From positions 76,922-140,921 of the forward strand of contig MFJF01000005.1 of the NCBI GenBank assembly GCA_001779115.1: a stretch of 64,000 nucleotides of DNA, read 5' to 3'. Shown in pieces: positions 1 through 8,250 of this stretch. The first letter of the stretch is position 1; each line of letters opens with the position of its first letter. A program made the position numbers and the translations under genes. The notes under the pieces were generated by a model. It ran no database searches. It worked only from the letters and a program-made list of their open reading frames with translations, and was not told where the DNA came from. This stretch comes from Candidatus Gottesmanbacteria bacterium RIFCSPHIGHO2_01_FULL_40_15 (lineage in GTDB: Bacteria; Patescibacteriota; Microgenomatia; 2-02-FULL-39-11).

Positions 1-457
1 CCTTTTTATGAGCATTTTTATCGACTTCGGTAACCAAATATGCTGCAAAATAAATTACATTTTCCAACGCTTTGGGGGTTATATCCAAAATCAAGGATAA
101 TTTTGAAGGTGTTCCTTTAAAAAACCAGACATGGGCTACCGGGGCTGCTAATTTTATACTGCCCATTCTCTCACGTCTAACTTTACTTTGAGTAACTTCA
201 ACACCGCATTTATCACAGACTATGCCCCGGTATCTGATTCTTTTATATTTTCCGCAATAGCATTCCCAATCCTTTGTCGGACCGAAAATTCTTTCATCGA
301 ATAAACCGTCCTTTTCGGGTTTTAAAGTGCGGTAATTTATTGTCTCGGGTTTGGTTACTTCACCGTATGACCAGGATATAATATCCTGAGGTGAAGCTAA
401 TTTAATCTGGAGTCCTTCAAAATCAACAATATTTCCGAAATTCCCTTTTTTATCCAT
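1..457 (-). CDS. rpoC: DNA-directed RNA polymerase subunit beta' (N-terminal 152 aa; gene continues beyond window start)
   Basis: The reverse-strand translation from the ATG at 455-457 reads [88 protein letters not shown]. This is the canonical beta' N-terminus with its Zn-finger Cys cluster. It starts 3 nt after the rpoB stop. Confidence 0.85.
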   Translation of the reverse strand, partial: MDKKGNFGNIVDFEGLQIKLASPQDIISWSYGEVTKPETINYRTLKPEKDGLFDERIFGPTKDWECYCGKYKRIRYRGIVCDKCGVEVTQSKVRRERMGSIKLAAPVAHVWFFKGTPSKLSLILDITPKALENVIYFAAYLVTEVDKNAHKK

Positions 458-460
458 TAT

Positions 461-3400
461 CTATTCCTCCTGTTGTAATTGTTCGTTTTTAACAACTTCT
501 TCCGATTTTCCGCTTTTATCTTCAACAATTTCTTCTCCGGCAGCCTTGGCCAATAATTTAGCCTCGACAATTTCTGATGCTTCGGTCACGTCAGATGGAG
601 GGGCCTGCTTCTTGGTAAATGTAACGGTACCGGTCGGCATCACATTTAATCCTAACGCCTGCAGTTCTTTTACCAGAACTTTAAAGGATTCCGGTATAGT
701 TGAAGCCGGTATATCTGTTCCTTTGACAATGGCTTCAAATGCACGGGCACGTCCGACAACATCATCTGATTTTATGGTTAACATTTCCTGTAAAGTGTGC
801 GCGGCCCGATGTGCTTCAAGCGCCCAGACTTCCATCTCTCCCAGTCTTTGACCTCCCATTTGAGCTTTACCTCCAAGCGGCTGTTGAGTAACAAGCGAGT
901 AAGGACCGGTCGAACGGGCATGAGTCTTATCTTCGACCATGTGGATTAATTTCATTATGTAGGCAATTCCGACAACGACGGTCTCTTTATACGGCTCACC
1001 TGTTCTACCGTCAAAAAGTATTGTTTTACCATCTACGGGTAAATTGTATTTTTTAAATTCTTCGATAATTTTATCTTCTTTTATAGTTTCAAAAACCGGC
1101 ACGCTAACTTTATAATTTGCGTGATTAGCCGCCCAGCCCAAATGAGCTTCAAGAAGCTGGCCAAGATTCATTCTGGAAAGAACTGACAAGGGTGAAATTA
1201 TGACATCAACCGGTGTGCCATCTTCAAGATAAGGCATATCAGATTGAGGAACAATTTTACTGATAACACCTTTATTTCCATGCCGTCCGGCCAGTTTATC
1301 CCCGACAACCACTTTCCGCACCTGAGCAACTTTGACGATGATTTTTTTTATCGTTCCCGGATGTAATTCATCACCCTTTTCACGGTCCAAAATTTTAACA
1401 TCGGTAACAACTCCTTTTTCTCCGTGAGGCATCCTTAATGAAGTATCTCTGACTTCCCTGGCCTTTTCACCGAAAATTGCCCTTAATAACCGTTCCTCTG
1501 CGGTTAATTCAGTCTCCCCCTTTGGAGCAATTTTTCCAACAAGAATATCATTTGGTCCAACTTCAGCGCCTACAATAACAATACCCTTATCATCAAGATT
1601 GGCTAAAGACTCTTCTCCGACGTTGGGAATATCCCGGGTAGTTTCTTCCGGCCCGAGTTTCGTATCAACAACTTCCGTATCATATTCTTCAATTGTGATT
1701 GACGTAAATATATCCTCTTTTACCAGCCTATCGGATATTACAATAGCATCTTCATAACCCATACCGTCGTAAGACGCATAAGCTATTATTAAGTTTTGGC
1801 CGAGAGCCAACTCGCCGAAATCACATGCCGGACCGTCAATAATCGATTGGTTTTTTTTAACTGAATCACCTAAAGAAACGAGAGGATTTTGTGAAAAACA
1901 AGTATTCTGACTGGTTCTGTTAAATTTTTCAATCTGGAAAGTGTGCTCTTTACCATTTGATTCTTTTAAGACTAATTTGACTGCATCAACATAGGTAATT
2001 TTGCCATCAACAGGAGCTTTGACGACTCTTTTTAAAGCCTGCGGAATTATCTCTTCCATTCCCGTACCTACAATCGGTGAACTAGGTTTTATCAGCGGCA
2101 CCGCCTGACATTGCATATGAGTGCCCATCAAAGCTCTATTGGCTTCATCATGGGCGATAAAGGGGATTAATGAAGCGGCTGTCCCAACGACCTGACGGGG
2201 TATTACATCAATATACCGGATGTTTTTTGCATCGGTTTCTAAAAAATCACCCCTATATCTGGCTGGCAGTCTTTCCGCAGTAATATATCCTTTATCATCA
2301 ATGGGTACTCCTGAGTGAGTAATATAAAAATCCTGTTCATCATCCGCCGTCAGGTAAACAATATGGTCCGAAATCTTCGGCTTTTTAGTTTTTTCGTCAA
2401 AATTTACTTCCCTATAGGGCGCTTCAAGAAAACCGTACTCATTAACGCGGGCATATAAAGCCATGTAAGTGACCAATCCGATATTAGGCCCTTCGGGACT
2501 TCTGACGGGACAAATTCTGGAATATTGGGATGAATTTATATCCCGAATTGAAAATGAAGCCCTTTCCCTGGAAATTCCACCTACTCCCATAACCGTTAAC
2601 CTTCTAAGATTATCAATTTCTGATAAGGGATTTGTTTGATCCAGAATTGTCGACAATTGGCTAGTTCTGAAAAAATCATTTATGGTCGCAATAATCGGAC
2701 GGGCGTTTACAATTTGGCTAGGTGTGATATCCATTTGAGTTTGTGCCAGGCTCATTCTTTCTTTTATGGATCTTTCAAGCCTCATCAAACCGATTTTAAA
2801 AGCATTATTGGCTACCAATTCGCCGACTCTTCTGATACGGCGATTACCTAAATGGTCAATATCATCAATCGTGCCAATATTATTTGTAAGTCCAATCAGG
2901 TATTTAATTATTCCGATAATATCTTCCTTTGTAAGGATCCAATTTTCAGGTATATTTTCAATATTGGCTATCTTTAATTTTTTATTAATCTTATACCGTC
3001 CGACTGATCCAAGATTATACCGTCTGGTATTGAAAAAAAGATTCCTGAAAAGATCCTGCGCGTTATCCAATACGGTGGGTTCTCCGGGTCGCATCTTCCG
3101 GTAAATTTCTATTACTGCTTCTTCCTGAGATTTAGTCGGATCTTTTAGTAAAGTATTTGATAAATAGTCTTTATCTTTATCGACTTCCTTAAATATGTTA
3201 AATAATTCTTCATCACTTGAAATCCCCATTGCCCTAAGAAAAGTTGTCGCGGCATATTTTCTCCGTCTGTCAATCCGAACAAGCAGAACATCATTTTTGG
3301 AAATAGAAAAATCCAACCAGGAGCCAAATAGAGGCCGAACTTCTGCAACATACAGAATTTTACCTGTGGTGGGATCGGAATCTCCGGTGAAATAAACTCC

Positions 3401-3859
3401 GGGAGAACGGACTATCTGATTAACAATACAACGTTCAACTCCGTTTATAATAAATGTGCCGTTCTCGGTCATTGAGGGAATATCACCTAAAAAAACATCC
3501 TGATGGATTTCTTTACCGGTCTGTTTATTCAAAAGAACTGTTTCAGCTTTAAGGGGTGAATCGTAAGTAAGACCTTTTTCAAGACATTCGCTTGGAGTAT
3601 AGCGAGGACTTTCAAAATAATGCTTACCAATTGTCAGGCTCCAATTTTTCCCGGTAAAATCTTCAACAGGAGAAATTTCTTTTAACAATTCTTCTATACC
3701 CTGATTTATAAACCAATCATATGAATTTTTTTGTACCTCAGTAAGATCGAGAATAGGAAGTATATCCGCTTTTTTACCCCAATTTTGTCTTTTGGGGTTC
3801 ATTTTTTGGGAATTACTTTTAGTTTTTGGCATTGGGAATAAAGAAGACAAAAACAACAA
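461..3859 (-). CDS. rpoB: DNA-directed RNA polymerase subunit beta
   Basis: The 1132-aa ORF carries conserved beta-subunit blocks (GDKLAGRHGNKGV, NLGQLLE, the rifampicin-cluster region) and sits directly upstream of rpoC. The true start could be the internal ATG at 3802 or 3832, and no clear SD is present at any candidate. Confidence 0.95.
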   Translation of the reverse strand: MLFLSSLFPMPKTKSNSQKMNPKRQNWGKKADILPILDLTEVQKNSYDWFINQGIEELLKEISPVEDFTGKNWSLTIGKHYFESPRYTPSECLEKGLTYDSPLKAETVLLNKQTGKEIHQDVFLGDIPSMTENGTFIINGVERCIVNQIVRSPGVYFTGDSDPTTGKILYVAEVRPLFGSWLDFSISKNDVLLVRIDRRRKYAATTFLRAMGISSDEELFNIFKEVDKDKDYLSNTLLKDPTKSQEEAVIEIYRKMRPGEPTVLDNAQDLFRNLFFNTRRYNLGSVGRYKINKKLKIANIENIPENWILTKEDIIGIIKYLIGLTNNIGTIDDIDHLGNRRIRRVGELVANNAFKIGLMRLERSIKERMSLAQTQMDITPSQIVNARPIIATINDFFRTSQLSTILDQTNPLSEIDNLRRLTVMGVGGISRERASFSIRDINSSQYSRICPVRSPEGPNIGLVTYMALYARVNEYGFLEAPYREVNFDEKTKKPKISDHIVYLTADDEQDFYITHSGVPIDDKGYITAERLPARYRGDFLETDAKNIRYIDVIPRQVVGTAASLIPFIAHDEANRALMGTHMQCQAVPLIKPSSPIVGTGMEEIIPQALKRVVKAPVDGKITYVDAVKLVLKESNGKEHTFQIEKFNRTSQNTCFSQNPLVSLGDSVKKNQSIIDGPACDFGELALGQNLIIAYASYDGMGYEDAIVISDRLVKEDIFTSITIEEYDTEVVDTKLGPEETTRDIPNVGEESLANLDDKGIVIVGAEVGPNDILVGKIAPKGETELTAEERLLRAIFGEKAREVRDTSLRMPHGEKGVVTDVKILDREKGDELHPGTIKKIIVKVAQVRKVVVGDKLAGRHGNKGVISKIVPQSDMPYLEDGTPVDVIISPLSVLSRMNLGQLLEAHLGWAANHANYKVSVPVFETIKEDKIIEEFKKYNLPVDGKTILFDGRTGEPYKETVVVGIAYIMKLIHMVEDKTHARSTGPYSLVTQQPLGGKAQMGGQRLGEMEVWALEAHRAAHTLQEMLTIKSDDVVGRARAFEAIVKGTDIPASTIPESFKVLVKELQALGLNVMPTGTVTFTKKQAPPSDVTEASEIVEAKLLAKAAGEEIVEDKSGKSEEVVKNEQLQQEE

Positions 3860-3911
3860 AATAAGCGTACTCCGGCAGACGTACGCCTCTAATTCTTCTT
3901 CAAGTATGATT

Positions 3912-3939
3912 ATTTTATCATCGGTTTAAATATTGTCAA
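3912..3939 (-). promoter_or_regulatory. sigma70-like promoter for rpoBC
   Basis: On the minus strand the sequence reads TTGACA, a 16-nt spacer, then TAAAAT. It lies about 50 nt upstream of the rpoB ORF start. Confidence 0.4.
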
Positions 3940-4010
3940 GAGGCAAGAGGTAAATATTTGCAGATAATTAATTATTATGATAAAATAGCGGCAAGTTAAG
4001 AAAGTTTCAG

Positions 4011-4040
4011 TTGGTGGGAATTACCCACCAATTTTTATAT
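4011..4040 (+). promoter_or_regulatory. leader hairpin plus T-tract (candidate attenuator) upstream of nusA
   Basis: TTGGTGGG-aatta-CCCACCAA forms a perfect 8-bp stem (4011-4031) followed by TTTTTATAT. It lies downstream of an extended -10 (TGaTAAAAT, 3978-3986) and immediately before the nusA ATG at 4047. The ORF-track TTG start at 4011 falls inside the stem. Confidence 0.4.
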
Positions 4041-4046
4041 AAAAAT

Positions 4047-5171
4047 ATGCCGGCGACAGTCAGAAGTGAATTTGCATTAGCATTAAATCAAGTAGCAACG
4101 GAAAGGGGCATTGATCCTGATGTGGTTTTAGAAACTATCAAAGCGGCAATCCTGGCAGCTTACCGGAAGGACTACGGAACAGAGGAGTTGGAAGAAATTG
4201 AAATAACCATTAATCCCAAAACAGGAGAAGCAATAGTTATTAAAGATAAAAAAAATATTACACCGGCCGGATTCGGCAGAATTGCAGCACAAACCGCAAA
4301 ACAGGTAATACTGCAGAGAATAAGAGAAGCTGAAAAAAAGGCGATTATTTCAGATTATTCCACCCGGATAGGCACAACAATAAACGGTATGGTTTTAAGA
4401 TTTGACGGTCCAAATGTAATTATAGATATTGGAAAAACAGAAGGCGTGATGCCTCCACAAGAACAAATTCCAAACGAGAGATACCGCTTAAATCAGAGAC
4501 TGACATTTTATATAGAATCCATAAAACAAACAATGCGCGGAAATGAAATCATTGTTTCACGCGCTCATAAAGGACTTGTTTCTGCCCTTTTTAAAAGAGA
4601 AGTGCCTGAAGTAAACAACGGAGCTGTTGTAGTCAAAGAGATAGCCAGAGAACCGGGTAATAGAACTAAAATTGCCGTCGCTTCAACTCAATCCGGTGTT
4701 GATCCGGTCGGCAGCTGTGTCGGACAAAAAGGTGTTCGGGTGCAGGCGGTTATTAATGAATTAGGCGGACTGGAAAAAATAGATATTATTCAGTGGCATG
4801 ATGACCCGAAGATTTTTATTCCGGCAGCACTTTCACCGGCAAAAGATATTGAAACAATCATTAATGAGAAAAAAAGGACTGCCATTGCTTATATTCCTGA
4901 TGACCAATTGTCACTGGCAATAGGAAAAGACGGCCAAAATGTACGTTTATCAGCAAAGCTTACCGGGTACAAAATAGATATAAAATCCAAATCAGAAGAA
5001 GGAAAAAAAGCTGATGAATTAAAAAGTGATAAAACAGCAGTTGCTGCAGATATTGAAAAAAAAGCTAAAAAAACTGTCAAGAAAAAAATTAGCGAGAAAA
5101 AAGACGCTAAAGAAAAAAAAGAGATAAAAAAAACTGAACCTAAAAAATCAAATAACACTAAAAGCCTTTAA
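4047..5171 (+). CDS. nusA: transcription termination/antitermination factor NusA
   Basis: N-terminal NusA domain, S1 and two KH regions (GSCVGQKGVRVQAV). There is also a lysine-rich C-terminal tail. Start is assigned to the ATG at 4047; the alternative is the TTG at 4011. Confidence 0.9.
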   Translation: MPATVRSEFALALNQVATERGIDPDVVLETIKAAILAAYRKDYGTEELEEIEITINPKTGEAIVIKDKKNITPAGFGRIAAQTAKQVILQRIREAEKKAIISDYSTRIGTTINGMVLRFDGPNVIIDIGKTEGVMPPQEQIPNERYRLNQRLTFYIESIKQTMRGNEIIVSRAHKGLVSALFKREVPEVNNGAVVVKEIAREPGNRTKIAVASTQSGVDPVGSCVGQKGVRVQAVINELGGLEKIDIIQWHDDPKIFIPAALSPAKDIETIINEKKRTAIAYIPDDQLSLAIGKDGQNVRLSAKLTGYKIDIKSKSEEGKKADELKSDKTAVAADIEKKAKKTVKKKISEKKDAKEKKEIKKTEPKKSNNTKSL

Positions 5172-5210
5172 AGTGAAGAAATATATATTATTTTTTCGAA
5201 AAGCTGATGT

Positions 5211-6710
5211 ATGGCAAAAAAAAATACTAATGAAATTAATGAAGCAAAAATTTCCATCCGTCCCCCTATTGTATCGGTTCTCGGACATGTAGATCACGGT
5301 AAGACAAGTCTCCTGGACCGAATCCGAAAAACCAATCTTGTTGTTCACGAGCACGGCGGTATAACACAACACATAGGAGCGTATCAAATTGAAGTTCCTC
5401 AAAATATTAAACTAAAAAATTCTGAATTTGCCCAAAAAATTACATTCATAGATACACCCGGTCATCATGCTTTTGCCAAAATGAGAAGCCAGGGGGCAAA
5501 TGCTTCCGATATTGCCATTCTCGTTATAGCCGCAAATGACGGAATAAAACCACAAACTTCAGAATCAATTGAACATATTAAAAATTCCGGCATCCCGACA
5601 ATTATCGCACTAAACAAAATTGATTTACCCGACATAAATATTGAAAAAATTAAAAAACAATTAAATAAGGAGGGCGTGAAATTGGAGCAATACGGCGGTG
5701 ACATCCCTCTGGTTCCGGTATCGGCAAAAACAGGTGAAGGAATGGATAAGTTATTGGAGACAATTCTTTTTTTAACTGATTTTTTTCAGATCAGATCTTT
5801 TTTGAACAAACCTTTTCAGGGAGTTGTCATTGAATCAAGCATTTCAAAATATAAGGGAATTACCGGTAGTGTAATTGTCAGAAACGGTGTTTTAAACGTA
5901 GGTGATGATATTGTTTATGATAATCAGATCTTCAGGGTAAGAGCGATTAATGACTGGCAAGGCAGATCTTTAAATAACTTGGGTCCAGGTGATCCGGGAG
6001 AAATTATAGGTTGGAAAACACTGCCTTCTGTCGGAACAATTCTCTACAAGAAAAATGAAACCGAAGTTATCGGACAACCAAAAACCGAAATTGAAAAAGT
6101 TAAGCCCGCTTCAATTATTCAAAGTCCACCGGTTGAAATTGAAACACAAAAAATCAATTTAATTATAAAAGCAGATACAGTCGGAACTTTAGAAGCCATT
6201 ACCCTTGGGCTTCCGGATGATATTGATCTTATCCTGAAGGGAGTCGGCCCGGTTAATGAATCGGATATTCTTCTGGGAAAAACGGTGAAAGCACTGGTAA
6301 TTGGATTCAATGTCCCTATATCGGATCAAGTAAAAAAATTAGCCCAGTCCGAAAAAGTACTCATAAAAAAATATGAAATTATTTATCAGCTTTTTGATGA
6401 AATCAAAGATGTTGTTGAAGCTATAAAAAAAGGTGATTTGGTGGATATTCTCGGAATTGCAAAAGTACTGGCTACTTTTGATATTAAAGGAGTTACGATT
6501 ATCGGAGCAAAAATTGTTTCCGGCAGGATGGCCAAAGGTGATCAGGTAAAAATATTAAGGGATGATAATGAAATAGGCCGCCGTAAAATAAAATCTCTAA
6601 AACATTTTAAGGAAGATATTACCAAGGCTGAACAGGGAAAGGAAGTAGGAATCGGATTATCAGACAGAATTGAACTATTGACAGGTGATAGTATAATAGC
6701 TATAGGCTAA
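5211..6710 (+). CDS. infB: translation initiation factor IF-2 (short form lacking N-terminal domains)
   Basis: Starts almost at the G domain (VLGHVDHGKTSLLD, DTPGH, NKID). The C-terminal beta-barrel domains are present. At 499 aa it is far shorter than the roughly 700-900 aa typical of IF-2. Confidence 0.9.
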   Translation: MAKKNTNEINEAKISIRPPIVSVLGHVDHGKTSLLDRIRKTNLVVHEHGGITQHIGAYQIEVPQNIKLKNSEFAQKITFIDTPGHHAFAKMRSQGANASDIAILVIAANDGIKPQTSESIEHIKNSGIPTIIALNKIDLPDINIEKIKKQLNKEGVKLEQYGGDIPLVPVSAKTGEGMDKLLETILFLTDFFQIRSFLNKPFQGVVIESSISKYKGITGSVIVRNGVLNVGDDIVYDNQIFRVRAINDWQGRSLNNLGPGDPGEIIGWKTLPSVGTILYKKNETEVIGQPKTEIEKVKPASIIQSPPVEIETQKINLIIKADTVGTLEAITLGLPDDIDLILKGVGPVNESDILLGKTVKALVIGFNVPISDQVKKLAQSEKVLIKKYEIIYQLFDEIKDVVEAIKKGDLVDILGIAKVLATFDIKGVTIIGAKIVSGRMAKGDQVKILRDDNEIGRRKIKSLKHFKEDITKAEQGKEVGIGLSDRIELLTGDSIIAIG

Positions 6711-6716
6711 AATCTA

Positions 6717-6739
6717 CCCCAATTGCTTGGGGTTTTTTT
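6717..6739 (+). terminator. intrinsic terminator after infB
   Basis: CCCCAA-ttgc-TTGGGG hairpin followed by TTTTTTT. Confidence 0.5.
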
Positions 6740-6756
6740 AAAAACTTTTATATAAT

Positions 6757-7806
6757 ATGGCGAATATAGATCCGGATAAAGTTAATCAAGCACAAAATAT
6801 ATTGGAAAATGCCCAGTCGATTGCGGTAACCCTGCCGGTTGATCCGAGTGTTGATAAAGTAGCTTCGGCACTATCCCTATATCTTTCACTATCAGCCGCC
6901 GGTAAACAAGTTACAGTTGCCTGTTCTACTCGGATGACAGTTCAATATAATGAACTAATAGGAGTTGATAAGATTTCAACTGTTCTTACCGGTTCATCCG
7001 GCAGAAATCTGGTTATTTCCTTTCCCTATCAGGAAGGATCGATTGAAAAGGTCAGCTACAACATTGAAAACGATAAATTTAACTTAGTCATCGAACCCCG
7101 CGAAGGATTTCCGACAATTACCCAGGAAATGATGAAATACAGCAGTTCAGGCGGAAATATTGACGCAATAGTAACGGTCGGGTGTTCACAGCTTGAGGAA
7201 TTGGGGAATCTTTATTCAAATAACCAGGATTTGTATAACGGAAAACAAATAATTAATCTGGATAATGCATCCAATAATAACAATTTCGCCAAAATCAATA
7301 TTGTAGATACTTCGGCAATATCAATTTCGGAACTTATGAATGATTTTATTAACCAGTTAGGGTTGAATATGGAACCGGATATTGCCACAAATTTACTGGC
7401 AGGGCTGACGAGTGCCACCGATAATTTTTCATCAGGTGAGGTGACAGCCTCAACTTTTGAAACAGCGGCTAATCTATTAAAACAGGGGGCCAGGAAAAAA
7501 CAAATCAGAAAAAGTTCACAGGCATTTGTGCCCCAAATGAAACAACCGGCTGCACCAACCGCACCAATAGCCAAAAGCCAAAAAACACCGTTCGGACTAA
7601 AAACATCCCCAACCCCACAAACAGATCAATCGCAACAGTCAGGACAGCGCGGAAAATTTCAACCGCCACAATTTCAGAGAACCCAACAACAACCCGGATC
7701 AGACTTTCAACAGCAAAAACCTCCGGTAAGAGAAGCAGGTAAATCTCCGGAAACACCACCGGACTGGTTAAAACCGAAAATATATAAAGGATCAACCCTG
7801 ATTTAA
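6757..7806 (+). CDS. DHH-family (NrnA-like) protein with catalytic motifs replaced; Q/P-rich disordered C-terminal tail
   Basis: Aligns to the NrnA DHH domain, for example IDHHPNEDPYGDLLWVDTSASSVSEMIYEL versus LDNASNNNNFAKINIVDTSAISISELMNDFI. The catalytic motifs are substituted: DHH becomes DNA, DPDAYGS becomes DPSVDKVAS, and GDTGRF becomes SATDNF. No DHHA1/GGGH domain is present; instead there is a roughly 110-aa Gln/Pro-rich tail. Confidence 0.55.
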   Translation: MANIDPDKVNQAQNILENAQSIAVTLPVDPSVDKVASALSLYLSLSAAGKQVTVACSTRMTVQYNELIGVDKISTVLTGSSGRNLVISFPYQEGSIEKVSYNIENDKFNLVIEPREGFPTITQEMMKYSSSGGNIDAIVTVGCSQLEELGNLYSNNQDLYNGKQIINLDNASNNNNFAKINIVDTSAISISELMNDFINQLGLNMEPDIATNLLAGLTSATDNFSSGEVTASTFETAANLLKQGARKKQIRKSSQAFVPQMKQPAAPTAPIAKSQKTPFGLKTSPTPQTDQSQQSGQRGKFQPPQFQRTQQQPGSDFQQQKPPVREAGKSPETPPDWLKPKIYKGSTLI

Positions 7807-7857
7807 CCCAAAAAGAGAGATACCACAGATTTTTGAAATTCCGAAATTTTTTCTCCG

Positions 7858-7886
7858 TTGAGATTTCATTAACAATAAGTTATAAT
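7858..7886 (+). promoter_or_regulatory. sigma70-like promoter for rpsO-pnp
   Basis: TTGAGA, a 17-nt spacer, then TATAAT. The 5'UTR hairpin TCCGCC-ggataag-GGCGGA (7916-7934) lies about 14 nt before the rpsO ATG. Confidence 0.45.
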
Positions 7887-7947
7887 AAGATTATCAGTAT
7901 AAGATTTATTCTTCTTCCGCCGGATAAGGGCGGATTGAATTTTATTT

Positions 7948-8217
7948 ATGGCGTTGGATCCTAATAACAAGAAAAAAATAATTACCGAGTATGCTACAAA
8001 AAAAGGTGATACAGGCAGTCCTGAGGTTCAAATCGCCTTATTAACCCACAAAATTGATAAACTTGTCGGACATTTAAAAGGTAATCCGAAAGATAACCAC
8101 TCCAGAAGGGGCTTATTGGGAATGATATCCAAAAGAAGAAGACTGATTAATTATTTATCCAATAAAAATAAAGACAGGTATAAGGAGATTGTCGATAAAC
8201 TGAAATTAAGCAAGTAA
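7948..8217 (+). CDS. rpsO: 30S ribosomal protein S15
   Basis: 89-aa protein with a full-length match to S15 ([14 protein letters not shown]...[16 protein letters not shown]). Confidence 0.95.
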   Translation: MALDPNNKKKIITEYATKKGDTGSPEVQIALLTHKIDKLVGHLKGNPKDNHSRRGLLGMISKRRRLINYLSNKNKDRYKEIVDKLKLSK

Positions 8218-8250
8218 AGATTCTTTCAATTCTGTGGAAAAAAGATCCTC

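Noticed and set aside
546-851. ORF-track antisense or overlapping ORFs such as 546..851, 2636..3395, 5465..5704, 8568..9056, 20194..20862, 21660..22832, 36773..37315, 38555..39580 and 53319..53997
   Set aside because: All lie entirely inside, and antisense or out of frame to, long genes with clear homology (rpoB, infB, pnp, ABC ATPase, ftsK, the 35454 gene, thymidine phosphorylase, the surface protein). Their translations are low-complexity with no motifs.
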